Shown: positions 26,424 through 28,377 of the stretch, piece after piece
Layout: every line of letters starts with the position of its first letter
Numbering within the stretch: the first letter of the stretch is position 1
Origin: an uncultured virus (IMG/VR IMGVR_UViG_3300042860_000278)
Taxonomy: Duplodnaviria; Heunggongvirae; Uroviricota; Caudoviricetes
Virus record (IMG/VR): IMGVR_UViG_3300042860_000278
DNA: 28,377 bases
Reading direction: 5' to 3' (one strand)
Notes under the pieces: generated by a model
What the model was told of the DNA's origin: nothing
Databases searched by the model: none
The model's input: the letters and a program-made list of their open reading frames with translations, nothing else
Program-made: the position numbers and the translations under genes

Positions 26424-26956
26424 TTGCAAACTCCGCCCATCATCATCTTGACCATCTTGCCTTTGGTTTTGCCCTTGCTGGCAACGCCGTCAGCGCCCTT
26501 GCGATAGACAGAGCCACCGCCCGAATAAGCCATGCCGCCACCGGCCATCTTCTTGACCATCGCACGACCCATCTTGTCAGCCGTACGGTTCTTCATGGCG
26601 CGACCGGCCTTATCAGCCATCTTGGACTTAGCCATGCCGCCTTTACGCATACGGGGGCCGCTAACGCGCTCCTCACCGACTTCCTCAATATAAGAAGGAT
26701 ATTCAAATGGACCGGGAATTACCGGGTCTTTACTAACTCCAGAATATCCTAGGTCTTTTTCGTTATACGGCTCTTGCGAGGTTTTACCGTAACGAGGGTT
26801 TGGAGGCGGTTGCATGGACCCTGAACCCATACCTCTTTTAGCCGGTACTTGACCGCCAGCGGCCATATTCTTAACCATCGCACGACCTACTTTATCGGCG
26901 GTGCGGTTCTTCATGGCACGACCGGCTTTATCAGCCTTACCTCTGCCAAATTTCAT
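26420..26956 (-). CDS. Lys/Met/Gly-rich basic protein with internal duplication (178 aa)
   Basis: Two ADKAGRAMKNRTADKxGRAMVKxMAxGG copies; ends GADGVASKGKTKGKMVKMMMGGVCK. Confidence 0.8.
   Translation of the reverse strand: MKFGRGKADKAGRAMKNRTADKVGRAMVKNMAAGGQVPAKRGMGSGSMQPPPNPRYGKTSQEPYNEKDLGYSGVSKDPVIPGPFEYPSYIEEVGEERVSGPRMRKGGMAKSKMADKAGRAMKNRTADKMGRAMVKKMAGGGMAYSGGGSVYRKGADGVASKGKTKGKMVKMMMGGVCK
26534..26935 (-). repeat. 84-bp imperfect direct repeat (26534-26617 and 26852-26935)
   Basis: 28-aa duplicated segment with mostly synonymous differences. Confidence 0.9.
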
Positions 26957-27102
26957 TTCGATTTGCTCCTAAATTTGCGACCCTTGTCAGCCTTCATAAA
27001 CTCTTTCCCGACCTTTTGCGGGATACCAATTCGTTTGGCTGCTTTCGGGTCGTTAGCAACCAAGGCCATCAAACGATGTTGCTTACCGGATTTACTTGGC
27101 AT
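26953..27102 (-). CDS. Small basic protein (49 aa), not in the ORF track
   Basis: MPSKSGKQHRLMALVANDPKAAKRIGIPQKVGKEFMKADKGRKFRSKSK*; stop overlaps the next ATG. Confidence 0.82.
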   Translation of the reverse strand: MPSKSGKQHRLMALVANDPKAAKRIGIPQKVGKEFMKADKGRKFRSKSK

Positions 27103-27331
27103 TTTTAGCTATCAGTTGATCAATCTTCTGGTCCATTTTCTCCAGTCGATCAATCAACTGCCTCATGTCCTCTCGTACTTCCGCCCGTGTGATGTGGTCA
27201 CGTGCCACCTCTTCACGAGTCCTATTTAGCAGAATGCCGAGCCTTTGTAGCTCGGCAAACTTTTCTTTAACCACAAAACCCAATATCGCCACGATCCCAG
27301 TCAGGACCATATTCCAGATGAGCATTTCCAT
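27092..27331 (-). CDS. Single-TM coiled-coil protein (79 aa)
   Basis: N-terminal hydrophobic helix, then LLNRTREEVARDHIT and a heptad tail. Confidence 0.78.
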   Translation of the reverse strand: MEMLIWNMVLTGIVAILGFVVKEKFAELQRLGILLNRTREEVARDHITRAEVREDMRQLIDRLEKMDQKIDQLIAKNAK

Positions 27332-27334
27332 GAC

Positions 27335-27589
27335 TTAACACTTCCATGCCCGTAAGGATTTATTGATCCGACTGTTAGGGTCGTTTGCCGTTTTGGCGCT
27401 AGTAAGCTTCTTTTTCATTCCAGACATTCTCGCGCAGAACGACTTCTTGCGAGGCCCGCCTTCAGGCTGTGGAGCCTTTAGACCCGGCTTGCCGGGATTG
27501 GCGCGGTTATAGGAAGCACGGCCTTTGGCATTTAAACCGCCGGACGGAGACTTTCCTTCTTTCCGCTGCCAAGCGGGGGTTTTAGCCAT
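27335..27589 (-). CDS. Conserved basic phage protein, DUF6321-like (84 aa)
   Basis: GGLNAKGRASYN...RKKSFCARM...DPNSRINKSLRAWKC; family recalled from memory. Confidence 0.72.
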   Translation of the reverse strand: MAKTPAWQRKEGKSPSGGLNAKGRASYNRANPGKPGLKAPQPEGGPRKKSFCARMSGMKKKLTSAKTANDPNSRINKSLRAWKC

Positions 27590-27887
27590 AAATCACCATC
27601 GTCGAGACTACGGCTGACGGGACGATGTAAATGTTGTTCTGAAAAAGCAAACCCTCGCCCGGCATCAGGATGTAATCCGCCGAAGTCGAACTTGCCTTGG
27701 TGTTAACAACAATTTTGGTAGCGCCGCTTGCGCCGCCGTCGATAAACGTAACGGTGCCAGCACCCGAATCAGGAACGATGTAAATCGCCTTTACACGGGC
27801 ACGGCCAATAACGAGGCTATTCTGGTCCAACAACTGACCTGCATCAGTGCGGACCTTACTAGCTAAGACATCTGTTTGCATACCCAT
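27582..27887 (-). CDS. Conserved beta-rich virion protein (101 aa)
   Basis: AGGAG SD; MQTDV...RARVKAIY...MPGEGLLF motif. Confidence 0.78.
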   Translation of the reverse strand: MGMQTDVLASKVRTDAGQLLDQNSLVIGRARVKAIYIVPDSGAGTVTFIDGGASGATKIVVNTKASSTSADYILMPGEGLLFQNNIYIVPSAVVSTMVIYG

Positions 27888-27908
27888 CTGAGTCTCCTGT
27901 AATGAGTG

Positions 27909-27928
27909 AAGGGGGCTAACGCCCCCCT
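27909..27928 (-). terminator. GC-rich stem-loop (weak terminator or mRNA-stabilising hairpin)
   Basis: Minus strand AGGGGGGC-GTTA-GCCCCCTT; lacks a long U-tract. Confidence 0.5.
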
Positions 27929-27936
27929 ACGAAATC

Positions 27937-28128
27937 TTACGGAGTCAGGCTGGAATACAGCGCGATGTACTTCGTGGTGCCGCCAATGCTAACCGGGATA
28001 TAACCGGCTTGAGCCGAAACCGTGCCCGTGGCAACGCCAGCCGTAACAACCGTCGTACCGATCACGAGAGTGTTGGACTGAAAACCGTTCTGCGAAACAA
28101 CCGGGCCGGAAAACGTAGTAGTAGCCAT
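27937..28128 (-). CDS. Small capsid-associated (decoration-like) protein (63 aa)
   Basis: MATTTFSGPVVSQNGF N-terminus, GAGGA SD, first gene after the capsid gene. Confidence 0.75.
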   Translation of the reverse strand: MATTTFSGPVVSQNGFQSNTLVIGTTVVTAGVATGTVSAQAGYIPVSIGGTTKYIALYSSLTP

Positions 28129-28134
28129 TTCAAA

Positions 28135-28217
28135 TCCTCACATGCGAGTAAGTGTTTACCAGTCTGCATGTCGTCAGTCGGGGCTGTCTGGTAAACAAAA
28201 TTTTTCCCGATAACGAC
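28135..28217 (-). ncRNA. Structured RNA downstream of the capsid gene, Mu-gpT-DE-like candidate
   Basis: Perfect 10-bp stem (28153-28162/28188-28197) plus two crossing pairings (28170-28182/28206-28217 and 28140-28145/28166-28171). Confidence 0.6.
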
Positions 28218-28228
28218 TGTATATCACC

Positions 28229-28268
28229 AAAAAAGAGGGGCTACAAGCATTGCTACTTGTAACCCCCC
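28229..28268 (-). terminator. Rho-independent terminator after the major capsid gene
   Basis: Minus strand GGGGGGTTACAAG-TAGCAATG-CTTGTAGCCCCTC-TTTTTT. Confidence 0.85.
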
Positions 28269-28296
28269 AATCACTAGCCCTCTAGGGAGAAAGCTA

Positions 28297-28377
28297 TTAG
28301 GACGCGCCCGGCGAAGCGAACATGCCCAGCGGATCCGACCAGCCGAAGCTATAACGCTCGCGGCTCTTGTACCGGAC
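28297..28377 (-). CDS. Major capsid protein (Mu gpT-like family), C-terminal 26 aa only
   Basis: VRYKSRERYSFGWSDPLGMFASPGAS*, followed by a second stop (TAG) and a terminator. Confidence 0.85.
   Translation of the reverse strand, partial: VRYKSRERYSFGWSDPLGMFASPGAS

Larger units (their letters stand above)
1..28377 (-). mobile_element. Tailed bacteriophage genome segment (structural, lysis and ejection modules)
   Basis: Co-oriented, tightly overlapping genes including a capsid C-terminus, tail fibres, holin, lysozyme and ejection-type proteins; no host housekeeping genes. Confidence 0.96.

Noticed and set aside
25234..26500. Walker A P-loop in the GxAxxGKT tails
   Set aside because: The pattern fits GxxxxGKT superficially but lies a few residues from the C-terminus of low-complexity proteins, leaving no room for an NTPase fold.
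28160..28210. Hammerhead ribozyme (CTGACGA core on the minus strand)
   Set aside because: No GAAA after a valid stem II and no consistent stem I/III topology; CTGACGA is better explained as part of the pairing with GTCGTTA.
1..28377. Stop-codon reassignment
   Set aside because: TAA, TAG and TGA all terminate genes at sensible boundaries and coding density is near complete under the standard code.

Overview
This window is the virion-morphogenesis region of a tailed dsDNA phage with a podovirus-type, P22-like gene logic. Essentially all genes lie on the minus strand and most are translationally coupled (ATGA/TAATG overlaps). In transcription order (right to left) it contains: the last 27 codons of a Mu gpT-type major capsid gene, a terminator and a pseudoknotted RNA element; a cluster of small basic proteins sharing short motifs; two head-tail adaptor-like genes; a tail-fibre cassette with two glycine-rich paralogs; an S74-chaperoned fibre; a holin and GH24 lysozyme; a large nozzle/tail-tube-B-like protein; and an ejection module (internal virion proteins, a GNAT-like protein, a Gln-rich pilot-like protein, and a >1466-aa protein running off the left edge). 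Highlights: three tandem FtsK-gamma-like domains plus an HExxH zincin in the giant protein; a nested +1-frame ORF with its own SD inside it; a [MFYL]-x-x-G-G motif repeated across eight putative internal proteins; a Mu-gpT-DE-like RNA; and hendecad Gln-rich repeats. All family calls are by motif recognition; no database searches were run. No tRNA, rRNA, CRISPR array, integrase or reverse transcriptase was seen.
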